Part shown: in pieces, positions 26,417-34,515 of the stretch | Layout of the letters: every line of letters starts with the position of its first letter | How positions within the stretch are numbered: the first letter of the stretch is position 1 | NCBI GenBank assembly: GCA_050050535.1 | Contig: JASFTY010000001.1 | Location: 1 to 60,159, forward strand | DNA: 60,159 nt | Direction of reading: 5' to 3' | Source of the DNA: Gemmatimonadales bacterium | Lineage (GTDB): Bacteria; Gemmatimonadota; Gemmatimonadetes; Palauibacterales; KS3-K002 | Program-made: the position numbers and the translations under genes | The notes under the pieces: model-generated | Database searches by the model: none | The model's input: the letters and a program-made list of their open reading frames with translations, nothing else | What the model was told of the DNA's origin: nothing

Positions 26417-26549
26417 GGGAATTCCGGAATCCAAGATCAGGAGGATCAATAGAACGATTCGACCATTCGAATTGGGAACCGCAGCCGTTCTGCGTTCCAA
26501 GATTCGAATGTTCGTATTGTTCCTCCTGGTCCTGGATCCCCGTATTCCC
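26417..26549. repeat. 133-nt AT-richer imperfect extended hairpin (REP/MITE-like element or bidirectional terminator)
   Basis: The left arm gggaattccggaatccaagatcaggaggatcaatagaac...attcgaattgggaac pairs with the right arm gttccaagattcgaatgttcgtattgttcctcctggtcctggatccccgtattccc. The apex is ggaac-c-gcag-ccgtt-ctgc-gttcc. It fills the whole gap between two convergent stops. Confidence 0.7.
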
Positions 26550-26551
26550 AT

Positions 26552-27574
26552 TCACGATGCCCGCTCATGCCTGAGGAGTACCTTCCCAACGCTGCTTCTC
26601 GACTCGACGAGGGCATGCGCCTCGGCGACATCCTCGAACGGGAAGATCCTGCCGACGACCGGCTTGATCCCCTTATCGGAGACGAACACCCTAAGCCGCT
26701 CGAAGATCGCCTGCAGACGGGCGGGTTGGTCCAACAAGTAGCCGAGGTGCGTAGCCATGACGCCGGTGGACGCCTCGGCCATGTCGGAGATCCTGGCCCG
26801 CGGTAGGTCACGCCAGGTGCGCCACCAAGACAGCGGGTTCCAGACCTTCAGGTCGAGGCTGGCGAAGCCCGCTACGACCATCCGTCCGAACGGGTTCAGC
26901 AGACCCTGCGACCCTTTGTAGACGCGGCCGCCGACCGTCTCCAGGACGACGTCGGCGCCGCCGCTCACGGCGAGCAGCTGGTCGAAGCAGTCCGGGTCTC
27001 CGTAGCTCAGCGCCGCGCGCGCGCCGAGCGCGCGCACCAGGTCCAGCTTTTCCTGTGAGCCGGCAAGACCGTAAACCTCGCCGCCGAGCGCGGCCGCCAA
27101 CTGCACCGCCGCCGTCCCCACACCGCCGGCCGCCGCCGTGACGATCACCTTCTCCCCTTCGGCGAGACGCGCCAGCTCGGCGAGCGCCACCCAGGCGGTC
27201 ATGTAGTTGACGGGGAACGCCGCGTTCTCCTCCAGGGTGAAGGTATCGATGGCCGGGATGGCTCGCTCCTCGGGAACGACCACCGTCTCCGCGTAGCAAC
27301 CGAATTGGGTCCCGACCATCACCTGGCCACCGACGCGGGCAGTATCCACGCCATCGCCGACCGCGTCGATTACCCCCGCCCCCTCCATCCCCAGGATGTA
27401 CGGACGTTTTGGCGCCCAGGCGTAAAGGCCTTTCCTGGAAAGGATCTCGGCGTAGTTGATACCGCTGTAGGCCAGGCGAACGCGAACTTCGCCGGGTCCG
27501 GGCTCCGGTTCGGGCTGATCCGATAACCGGAGCACGTTGGGTCTGCCCGTCGCACGCAGTACGACCGCTCTCAC
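26552..27574 (-). CDS. NADPH:quinone oxidoreductase / zinc-type alcohol dehydrogenase superfamily (MDR)
   Basis: MRAVVL...GPGEVRVRLAYSGINYAE, AAGGVGTAAVQLA (Rossmann) and a C-terminal GKVLL are typical of Qor-like MDR enzymes. Confidence 0.85.
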   Translation of the reverse strand: MRAVVLRATGRPNVLRLSDQPEPEPGPGEVRVRLAYSGINYAEILSRKGLYAWAPKRPYILGMEGAGVIDAVGDGVDTARVGGQVMVGTQFGCYAETVVVPEERAIPAIDTFTLEENAAFPVNYMTAWVALAELARLAEGEKVIVTAAAGGVGTAAVQLAAALGGEVYGLAGSQEKLDLVRALGARAALSYGDPDCFDQLLAVSGGADVVLETVGGRVYKGSQGLLNPFGRMVVAGFASLDLKVWNPLSWWRTWRDLPRARISDMAEASTGVMATHLGYLLDQPARLQAIFERLRVFVSDKGIKPVVGRIFPFEDVAEAHALVESRSSVGKVLLRHERAS

Positions 27575-27581
27575 CGCACCC

Positions 27582-27941
27582 TCACAGAAGCTCCCTTACC
27601 CGCTCGGCCGGACGTGCGAGCAGGGCGCGGTCGCCCTTCTCGACGAGTGGTCGCTCCAGCAGCTCGGGATGCTTTGCGATGGCGTTGAGGATCTCGCCAT
27701 CCTTGATGCCCGGGCGGCCCAGGCCGAGATCTTTGTAGGCGCGTTCCCTCGGGCGCAATAGCTGGCGTGGAGTCACTCCAGCCTTTTTGACGAGCTGTCC
27801 GAGCCTTCTGCGTGACAGCGGATTGGCTATGTAGTCGACGCGATCGAAATCGATGCCGCTCTCACGGAGCAGCTTGACCAGCTTGCGACTGGCGGGTCAC
27901 GTCGGCTTCTCGTAGACGATGATACGGTCACTTCGGGTCAT
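27582..27941 (-). CDS. arsC: ArsC-family (glutaredoxin-type) arsenate reductase with in-frame TGA at the catalytic Cys position (candidate selenocysteine)
   Basis: ATG 27941 (GAGG SD) gives MTRSDRIIVYEKPT-[TGA 27897..27899]-PASRKLVKLLRESGIDFDRVDYIANPLSRRRLGQLVKKAGV, continuous in frame with track ORF 27582..27776. It aligns along its full length with R773 ArsC (IYHNPACGTSRNTLEMIRNSG...HPILINRPIV...LCRP, from memory). The TGA falls on Cys12, and the three catalytic Arg (LLRP, LERP, LARP) are retained. Confidence 0.65.
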
Positions 27942-28011
27942 TGCAGCCTCGTTTTCGCGGCTGGTCAACGGGAGTGGTCGGGCGTATCCGCTTCTTGCCG
28001 GCCGCCAGACA

Positions 28012-29067
28012 CTAGGTGTTTACACCGACCAGGTAGAGGACCAGGGCGCTTAGCAACCCCACGGCGAGCAGTCCCAGACTCGCCCAGCCCATGGTGCGGA
28101 ACACCTTCGCCTGGGGGCGCGAGCAGAGGCCGACGAGTGCGATGCCGGTCATCGTCAGCGCAGCACTGGCGGTCAGGATGTGCTCGCTGCCGACCGCACC
28201 GAGGAGCGGCCCATCCACGTAGGCCAGGTCCTCCATAGCGAGGATCAGCATGTCGAACAGGTTGCTGCCCAGAATGCCGCCGATGGCGAGATCGACGGCG
28301 CCGATCCGGACGGCCTCGATCGAGATCACGAGTTCGGGAACTGACGTGACGAGCGCCAGGAAGATCGTCCCGACGAACGTCTGCTTCCATCCCATCGTTA
28401 CAGCGAGCGCCTCGCCGACTACAGGCAGCGCGGTGGCCGCCACCACCAGGACGAGCGCGTTGATGCCGAATAGAAGCCAGATGCGCGGCAAGGTCAGTGC
28501 GGCCATCTTGGCACGCGCACCGACGACCTCGGCCAACTCGGCGGCTGGCTTGCCTTCCCGCTCGAAGAAGAAGACGCTGCGCATCGCGAGCAGGTAGATC
28601 AGCGGCGCGGCGATCGTATACGGCCCGACCGGCCCGAGAGCTACCGTTCCGACGTGCGTTTGTATGTAGATCGCGCTGGCCGCCGCGCCGAGCAGGATCA
28701 CGCCGAACCCGGCGGACAGACTGTGGCCGTGCCGGATCCCGCCGTAGATCGTACCCGGCCTGTAGATGAAGTCGAGAACCGCAACAATCACCAGGTTGTA
28801 TACGCAACTGCCCAGCGCGGCGCCCACGGCCAGGTCGGGCTCACCTACCACCAGGATCGCGCTCAGCCCGGTCACCAGCTCCGGCGCCGAGGTCACGCTG
28901 GCCAGCAGGATCAGACCGACCCAGACGCCGCCGAGACCGGTGCGCGTCCCGATCACGTCGCCATAGCGAGACAGGCGGGCGCCGCTGAACAGGATGGCCA
29001 GCAGGCAGACGCCGAACAGCAGCCAGGCGGTGAGTGGATCGAGCGAGTGAGCCAGCCCGTCGAACAT
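28012..29067 (-). CDS. Sodium/calcium exchanger (CaCA, YrbG-like) membrane protein
   Basis: Two alpha-repeat motifs (LLASVTSAPELVTGL and LALVTSVPELVISI, GSNLFDMLIL) in a protein of about 10 TM helices. Confidence 0.8.
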   Translation of the reverse strand: MFDGLAHSLDPLTAWLLFGVCLLAILFSGARLSRYGDVIGTRTGLGGVWVGLILLASVTSAPELVTGLSAILVVGEPDLAVGAALGSCVYNLVIVAVLDFIYRPGTIYGGIRHGHSLSAGFGVILLGAAASAIYIQTHVGTVALGPVGPYTIAAPLIYLLAMRSVFFFEREGKPAAELAEVVGARAKMAALTLPRIWLLFGINALVLVVAATALPVVGEALAVTMGWKQTFVGTIFLALVTSVPELVISIEAVRIGAVDLAIGGILGSNLFDMLILAMEDLAYVDGPLLGAVGSEHILTASAALTMTGIALVGLCSRPQAKVFRTMGWASLGLLAVGLLSALVLYLVGVNT

Positions 29068-29159
29068 GGCCGCAAACTAGTATCGGGCCGAGCGGCTACG
29101 CCACCGGCAGCATTTCCCTTGTAGGCCACCCAGCACAGGCTGGAACGGCACCGGCCCCG

Positions 29160-31925
29160 TCAGGCGCGCGCCGACACGGGCGTCCGCTTCCGCGAGCTTC
29201 CCATCGATATCGGCTTCAACATCTGCCCGATTATCAGCGGCATCAGTGCTGCCACCAGCACGACCAGCCAATCGTGCGGACTCAGCGCATGAGTTCCAAG
29301 TACACGCGAGAGCAACGGGATGTATACGGTGGCGACTTGCAGGCCGATGGTCAGCGCGAGGGCGGCCCAGACCCAACGGTTACGGAAGAGTCGACCACCG
29401 AACACGACCGGCCTCGCGCTGCGTGCGTTGAAGACGTGGAAGAGCTGAGCCAGTGCCAGCGTCATGAAGGCGAGTGTCACGGCGTGCGACAGTTCCGTCT
29501 GCCTGAACTCCAGAGCCCAGACAAAGACGGCGAGCGTGGCCGAGGTGATCAACAGCGAGAAGCTGACGACACTCGACAGGAACCACCGCGAGAGGATCGC
29601 GGATTTTGGGTCGCGCGGCGGACGTCCCATCACATCGGGCTCGGGCGGCTCCATCGCCAGGGCGAGCGCCGGGAACACATCGGTCACGAGGTTGAGCCAG
29701 AGGATCTGGAGCGGCATGAGCGGGAGGGGCATGCCCGCCAGGCCGGTGACGAGCAGCGTGGCGACCTCGGAGAGGTTACACGAGAAGAGGTAGAAGATGA
29801 ACTTGCGGATGTTGTCGTAGATGACGCGCCCGTCCTCGACGGCGACGCCGACGGTCTCGAAGCGATCGTCCTGGAGTACTACATCGGCCGTCTCCTTGGC
29901 GACATCCGTGCCGCGGATACCCATCGCGACTCCGATGTCGGCCTTCTTGAGTGCGGCGGCGTCGTTCACGCCATCGCCGAGCATGCCGACGATGTCGCCC
30001 CGGCCCTGAAGCGCCTCGACGATTCGCAACTTCTGCTCGGGACTGACGCGGCTGAACACAGACACACGGCCGACACGCTCGCTGAGCTGCGCATCCGACA
30101 GCTTGGAGAGCTCGCGCCCACGAACGGTCTCGTCGCTGTCGCGCAGCAGCCCGAGGTCGCGGCCGACGGCCTCGGCGGTGACGGCCTGGTCGCCAGTGAT
30201 CATCACGGTGCGGACGCCGGCGTTGTGGAAGCGCGTGATGGTCTCGCGCACACCCTCGGCGGGAGGATCCTGCATTCCGGCGAAGCCGACGAAGACCAGG
30301 TCGTGCACCGCCCCGGGACCGGGGCTCTCCCCTTCATCGAGCGCCCGGTAGGCGAGCGCTAAGACACGCAGTCCGCGACCGGCGAGCCCCCGGTTAGTCT
30401 CGAGCAGGGCGGCACGCCCCGCATCATCCAGCGGAGTGACGCCGGCACCGGTGAGTTCGCCGCTCGACTGCTCGACGATGCGGCGCGGCCCACCCTTAAC
30501 GCAGGCCACGCGCCGCCCGTCCGGCGCGCTGTGGAAGGTCGCCATCAGCTGCCGCTCGCTCGAGAACGGCAGCTCGGCCACCTCCGGGTACTCCGCCTGC
30601 AGCTGCTCCCGCCTCAGTCCCGCCTTACGCGCCAAGACCAAGAGCGCCGCCTCGGTGGGATCGCCCGTCACCGCCCAACCCTCGTAGGTCTTTCTCACGG
30701 TTGCCCGGTTGGCGAGCGCGCCGATCCGCAGGGCCAGCTCGGCGCCGGCGACCTCGGTGACCTTGATCGCCGCCCCGTCCGCCCGAAACTCGCCGACGGG
30801 CTCGTAGCCCGGACCGGTTACCTCGAGCTGCTCACCGCCAACGGCGAGGGCCGTCACGGTCATCTCGCCGGCCGTGAGGGTCCCCGTCTTGTCGGTACAG
30901 ATGACCGTCGCCGAGCCCAGCGTCTCGACAGCGGTCAGCCGGCGAACCAGCGCCTGGCGACGCGCCATGCGTCGCACGCCGACGGCCAGGGTGATCGTCG
31001 CCACGACGGGCAGCCCTTCGGGGACCGCAGCGATCGCCAGCGCGATGCCCGTCTCCACCATGAGCCACAGCTCTTCGCCGCGGAGCAGGCCCAGTCCGGT
31101 GACCAGCGCGGCAACGCTCAAGGTCAGCCAGACCAGCCGCCGGCCCAGCGAATCGAGACGGCGCTCCAGCGGCGTATCGCCCGCCTCGGTCTCCTGCACC
31201 AGCTTGCTGAGATGCCCGATCTCGGTGGCCGCGCCCGTAGCGACGACAACGGCACGTGCCGAACCGGTGGTGACAAGCGTGCCCTTGTAGACCATCGAGG
31301 CCCGTTCCGCCAGCGGAACCTCTTCCCCGTTCTGCTCGACGACCGCTGCCGGCCCCTTGCCCACCGGCAGCGACTCGCCGGTCAGCGGCGCCTCGTTGAT
31401 GCCAAGCTCCGTCGCCGACAGCACCCTCGCGTCCGCAGGAATCGCCGCGCCCGGCTCCAGGACGATCACGTCGCCGGGAACCAGGACCCGCGCGTCGACA
31501 CGCTGCTCGCGCCCGTCACGCAGCGCCACCGCCTCCTGTACCTGCAATCTGCGCAGTGCATCCATCGCCAGCCGCGCCCGCCACTCGGTCCAGAACCCGA
31601 CCGCGGTGTTGATTACCAGCACTACAAGGATCGCCGCCGCCTCGAGCAGATCACCGATCACCAGCGCCACTACCGCCGCGGCGAACAGTAACACGACGAC
31701 CAGGCTCTTCAGCTGGCCCAGGAGGATCTTCCAGGGGGAGATCGGGCGAGCGATCTGCAGGGCGTTCGGGCCGTAACGCTTCAGTCGTGCCGCGGCCTCG
31801 GCGCCGCTCAGCCCCTCAGCCGTGGAATCGACTTGCCGGAGCACCTCGGCTATCGAGAGCGCGTGCCAGGCTATCGACTCGCGATCAGCACTCCCATCGC
31901 GAATGGTACGCTCAGATGACACCAC
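29160..31925 (-). CDS. Cation-transporting P-type ATPase (P2 type, Ca2+/Mg2+-like)
   Basis: TGES, ICTDKTGTLT, MITGDQAVTA and GDGVNDAAALKKADIGVAMG, with 10 predicted TM helices. Confidence 0.9.
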   Translation of the reverse strand: MVSSERTIRDGSADRESIAWHALSIAEVLRQVDSTAEGLSGAEAAARLKRYGPNALQIARPISPWKILLGQLKSLVVVLLFAAAVVALVIGDLLEAAAILVVLVINTAVGFWTEWRARLAMDALRRLQVQEAVALRDGREQRVDARVLVPGDVIVLEPGAAIPADARVLSATELGINEAPLTGESLPVGKGPAAVVEQNGEEVPLAERASMVYKGTLVTTGSARAVVVATGAATEIGHLSKLVQETEAGDTPLERRLDSLGRRLVWLTLSVAALVTGLGLLRGEELWLMVETGIALAIAAVPEGLPVVATITLAVGVRRMARRQALVRRLTAVETLGSATVICTDKTGTLTAGEMTVTALAVGGEQLEVTGPGYEPVGEFRADGAAIKVTEVAGAELALRIGALANRATVRKTYEGWAVTGDPTEAALLVLARKAGLRREQLQAEYPEVAELPFSSERQLMATFHSAPDGRRVACVKGGPRRIVEQSSGELTGAGVTPLDDAGRAALLETNRGLAGRGLRVLALAYRALDEGESPGPGAVHDLVFVGFAGMQDPPAEGVRETITRFHNAGVRTVMITGDQAVTAEAVGRDLGLLRDSDETVRGRELSKLSDAQLSERVGRVSVFSRVSPEQKLRIVEALQGRGDIVGMLGDGVNDAAALKKADIGVAMGIRGTDVAKETADVVLQDDRFETVGVAVEDGRVIYDNIRKFIFYLFSCNLSEVATLLVTGLAGMPLPLMPLQILWLNLVTDVFPALALAMEPPEPDVMGRPPRDPKSAILSRWFLSSVVSFSLLITSATLAVFVWALEFRQTELSHAVTLAFMTLALAQLFHVFNARSARPVVFGGRLFRNRWVWAALALTIGLQVATVYIPLLSRVLGTHALSPHDWLVVLVAALMPLIIGQMLKPISMGSSRKRTPVSARA

Positions 31926-32163
31926 AGCTGGCGAGTATCTGTTGACTCCGGTTCAGCCGGCTCCGTCCCGTGGTCAGACCGGAACAGCGCGGCTCGTTAG
32001 TGGGCGGTCCAGTGGCAGGAACGTCGTCTGCCGAGGCGTTTCACGCAAGCGGGCCCGCGGCCCTCAGCGTGGCGCGGCGGGAGGCGGTTGAGTATCCGAC
32101 GCTTTGAAGCGAACTTATGTGGGACGGCGCCGCTCAGGCGCCAAATACAAGGAAGGGATTGGC

Positions 32164-32607
32164 ATGCCTAATCGTCGTACCTTAACGACTTTTCTGGCCG
32201 GGCTCATCCTCGGCATCGCGTTGGCTCTTGTGGGCCGCTCGTTCCTGGGTAGCCGGTTGCCGGATTCGATCGCCGGGCGCCGCGAGTCGCTGGACGGAGT
32301 CGTCACAGCCAAGCAGCTGGAAGAGGACCGCCTGCTGCTCACCATCGTGACCCCGGCCGGTGCCACGCTCGTCACGTTCAAGAAGCGGGTGGCCGAGATC
32401 GCCTTGCTCGTCGACGAGGGGGACCGTATCACGCTGAGCCTCTCACAATACCAGCCGTTTCTGGAAGACCCGCGGATCGCCCGTGTCGTACCGCCCGACC
32501 TCCACGTGGAAGAACCGAGCGCCCCTGACAGCGCCGGCGCGGTGGAGGATACTCTGCCGCCCGCCGACAGCGTGCCCAGGACAAAAGACGCGCCCTGGTA
32601 CGACTAG
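32164..32607 (+). CDS. Hypothetical membrane-anchored protein
   Basis: Start set at ATG 32164 (AAGGAAG SD). One N-terminal TM helix (LTTFLAGLILGIALALVG). No family recognised. Confidence 0.55.
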   Translation: MPNRRTLTTFLAGLILGIALALVGRSFLGSRLPDSIAGRRESLDGVVTAKQLEEDRLLLTIVTPAGATLVTFKKRVAEIALLVDEGDRITLSLSQYQPFLEDPRIARVVPPDLHVEEPSAPDSAGAVEDTLPPADSVPRTKDAPWYD

Positions 32608-32636
32608 TCACGTCGAAGGGGCAGCCGCCACGAACG

Positions 32637-32671
32637 GGCGCCGCCAGACCCTCTCAGGGTCCGGCGGCGCC
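32637..32671. terminator. 15-bp (one mismatch) GC hairpin between convergent genes
   Basis: ggcgccgccagaccc-tctca-gggtccggcggcgcc, 30 nt after stop 32607 and 29 nt before the Hsp20 stop at 32700. Confidence 0.55.
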
Positions 32672-32699
32672 TCGGCATTCGACCCGGTCGAGCCCGGGT

Positions 32700-33227
32700 C
32701 TAGTTCTTGGCGATCTGAATCGGGATGCGCCGCGCCGTCGCCGCACCCGACTTTTCGATGCGGACCGTCAGCACGCCTTTGTCGTACTCGGCGGCTATCT
32801 TCTCCTCATCGACCGGCGCCGGCAGCGGCACCGTACGCCGGAACGATCCGAAGCGGCGCTCCGCGTGGTAGTAGCCCTCGCGACGCTCCTCCGACTCTTC
32901 CTTCTTCTCACCCGACACGGTCAGCGCGTCGCCCAACAGCGAAACATCGATGTCTTTCGGATCGACGCCCGGAAGCTCCACTCGCACCGTGATCGCATCC
33001 TCACTCTCGCTCACATCGACGGAGGGTGACCATGCGCCGACCCACGACCCGGTCTGAGCAGGCAACCACCCCTGACCGAGAAACGGCTCGTCGAAGAACC
33101 GCTCGAACAGACGGTCAATGTCCGAATGGAAACGACTCAGCGCCGCCTGGCGGGCCGGAAGATCATCCTGCCGGCCACCGCCCTTACCGCGCCAGGGAAT
33201 CAATCTCGCCAGCAACAATTTCAACAC
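32700..33227 (-). CDS. Hsp20/alpha-crystallin family small heat-shock protein (third in operon)
   Basis: Alpha-crystallin domain: PSVDVSESEDAITVRVELPGVDPKDIDVSL...ERRFGSFRRTVPLP...AEYDKGVLTVRI. Confidence 0.9.
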   Translation of the reverse strand: MLKLLLARLIPWRGKGGGRQDDLPARQAALSRFHSDIDRLFERFFDEPFLGQGWLPAQTGSWVGAWSPSVDVSESEDAITVRVELPGVDPKDIDVSLLGDALTVSGEKKEESEERREGYYHAERRFGSFRRTVPLPAPVDEEKIAAEYDKGVLTVRIEKSGAATARRIPIQIAKN

Positions 33228-33273
33228 CTCCTTATCAGTCCGTCATACCAGCCGGTCGAGCCGACTCGAACCC

Positions 33274-33672
33274 TCAACTACGAACTTCTATCTTGCGAGT
33301 CTTGGCCTTCTCGGCCTTCGGCAGATGAAGCACGAGCACCCCGTTGGCGTGCTCGGCCGTGATCCGATCGACGTCTATGTTCTCGCTAACCTCGAATACT
33401 CGTTGGAAGTCGCCCACCCCGTACTCACGGAGTAGGTAATTCACACCCTCGGGCTGCCGAGGCTCCACTCTCGCATGAATGCTCAGCACACCCTTCTCGA
33501 CGTTGATCTCGATATCGTCAGACTTCGCGCCCGGCACATCCGCCAGTACCCGCAGCTCCTCCGCCGTCTCGAGAATGTCCACCACGGGCCTGTACTGGAG
33601 CACACCTCGCGTCGGCTCCTGCTGGGTGACCTCGCGCCCAGCCTGCTTCTCCATTAGCGTCCCGCTTTCCAT
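33274..33672 (-). CDS. Hsp20/alpha-crystallin family small heat-shock protein (second in operon)
   Basis: PVVDILETAEELRVLADVPGAKSDDIEINVEKGVLSIHA...GDFQRVFEVS...AEHANGVLVLHLPK. Start set at ATG 33672, which has an AGGAGG SD. Confidence 0.85.
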   Translation of the reverse strand: MESGTLMEKQAGREVTQQEPTRGVLQYRPVVDILETAEELRVLADVPGAKSDDIEINVEKGVLSIHARVEPRQPEGVNYLLREYGVGDFQRVFEVSENIDVDRITAEHANGVLVLHLPKAEKAKTRKIEVRS

Positions 33673-33710
33673 AGCTCGCTCTCCTCCTTCTATGACGACA
33701 CGGCTCGCAC

Positions 33711-34175
33711 TCACTTGGTCAGAGCCTTCACTGAAATCTTCCGCGACTTCGCGCTCGCCGCCTTCGGCAGCATGATCGTCAGCACCCCGTTCTCCAGACG
33801 CGCCTCGACCTTGCTCACATCAACCTCGACCGGGAGGCGCACCACACCAGTGAACGTGCCGGTGCCGCGCTCGCGACGGTGATACTTCACACCTTCCTGC
33901 TCCTCGCCCCCGCGCTCACCCTTGATCGTCAGCTCATTCCCCGCCACGAGAATCTCCAGATCCTCCATCTTGAGACCCGGTACCTCCGCCTCGGCAAATA
34001 GCACCTCCTCGTTCTCCCAGATATTCACCGCCGGGAAACTCCGCTCACGCTGCCGGCCGCGCCGCAACCATGGGTCGTCGCCCAAGAACGCACCGACCAC
34101 GTCGTCCAGCGCCCGGTCAAGCTCGCCATGCAGCCGGCTCACCGGGAAGCTCCGATTCGCAACCCATCCGTTCAT
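33711..34175 (-). CDS. Hsp20/alpha-crystallin family small heat-shock protein (first in operon)
   Basis: PAVNIWENEEVLFAEAEVPGLKMEDLEILV...RERGTGTFTGVVRLP...ARLENGVLTIMLPK. Start set at ATG 34175, which has a GGAAGGAGAG SD. Confidence 0.85.
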   Translation of the reverse strand: MNGWVANRSFPVSRLHGELDRALDDVVGAFLGDDPWLRRGRQRERSFPAVNIWENEEVLFAEAEVPGLKMEDLEILVAGNELTIKGERGGEEQEGVKYHRRERGTGTFTGVVRLPVEVDVSKVEARLENGVLTIMLPKAASAKSRKISVKALTK

Positions 34176-34290
34176 CGTAAGATCTCTCCTTCCGCTATGT
34201 GCTCCAGAGCCGAGCCCGATTGCCTCTCTCTCTCGCAAGCCCGGGCTCGCTCTCAATCCGAGTTTCGTGGACCACCCGACCGAGCGAATT

Positions 34291-34306
34291 TGCAAGCGTC
34301 GTGCCA
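34291..34306 (-). promoter_or_regulatory. Sigma-54 -24/-12 promoter, perfect core consensus, upstream of the Hsp20 operon
   Basis: Minus strand TGGCACgacgcTTGCA equals TGGCAC-N5-TTGCA. It lies about 115 nt upstream of ATG 34175 in the correct orientation. Confidence 0.6.
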
Positions 34307-34455
34307 ATCGCCGCCGGTTGCCGTGTTGCCAACTCTAAGCGTGACATGTAGTTACAAGCGTCACCCCCGGCAGCTTCCGGGCTCGGTCGGCGACCGCCAA
34401 AGTGACAGTAGGGCGCCGCCCGTGGGGTCTGCCCTTCCTGCAAGACTCAGCCACC

Positions 34456-34485
34456 TTGACGGCCGACCGGCCGCCGCCGTAGGCT
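34456..34485 (+). promoter_or_regulatory. Candidate sigma-70 promoter for the NhaP / formate dehydrogenase genes
   Basis: TTGACG-N18-TAGGCT, about 30 nt upstream of the TTG start at 34516 (GGAGGAG SD at 34501). Confidence 0.35.
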
Positions 34486-34515
34486 AGGCGTTCCACATTT
34501 GGAGGAGCGGCTTGC

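Noticed and set aside
33228-33273. tRNA T-arm-like string (minus strand GGGTTCGAGTCGG) between two Hsp20 genes.
   Set aside because: Only 46 nt of intergenic space. No acceptor, D or anticodon arms can be formed.
34327-34355. TTGCCA-N17-TAGTTA as the plus-strand promoter for the NhaP gene.
   Set aside because: It would leave a leader of about 150 nt. The TTGACG-N18-TAGGCT candidate at 34456..34485 is better placed. The segment more likely belongs to the upstream control region of the divergent Hsp20 operon.
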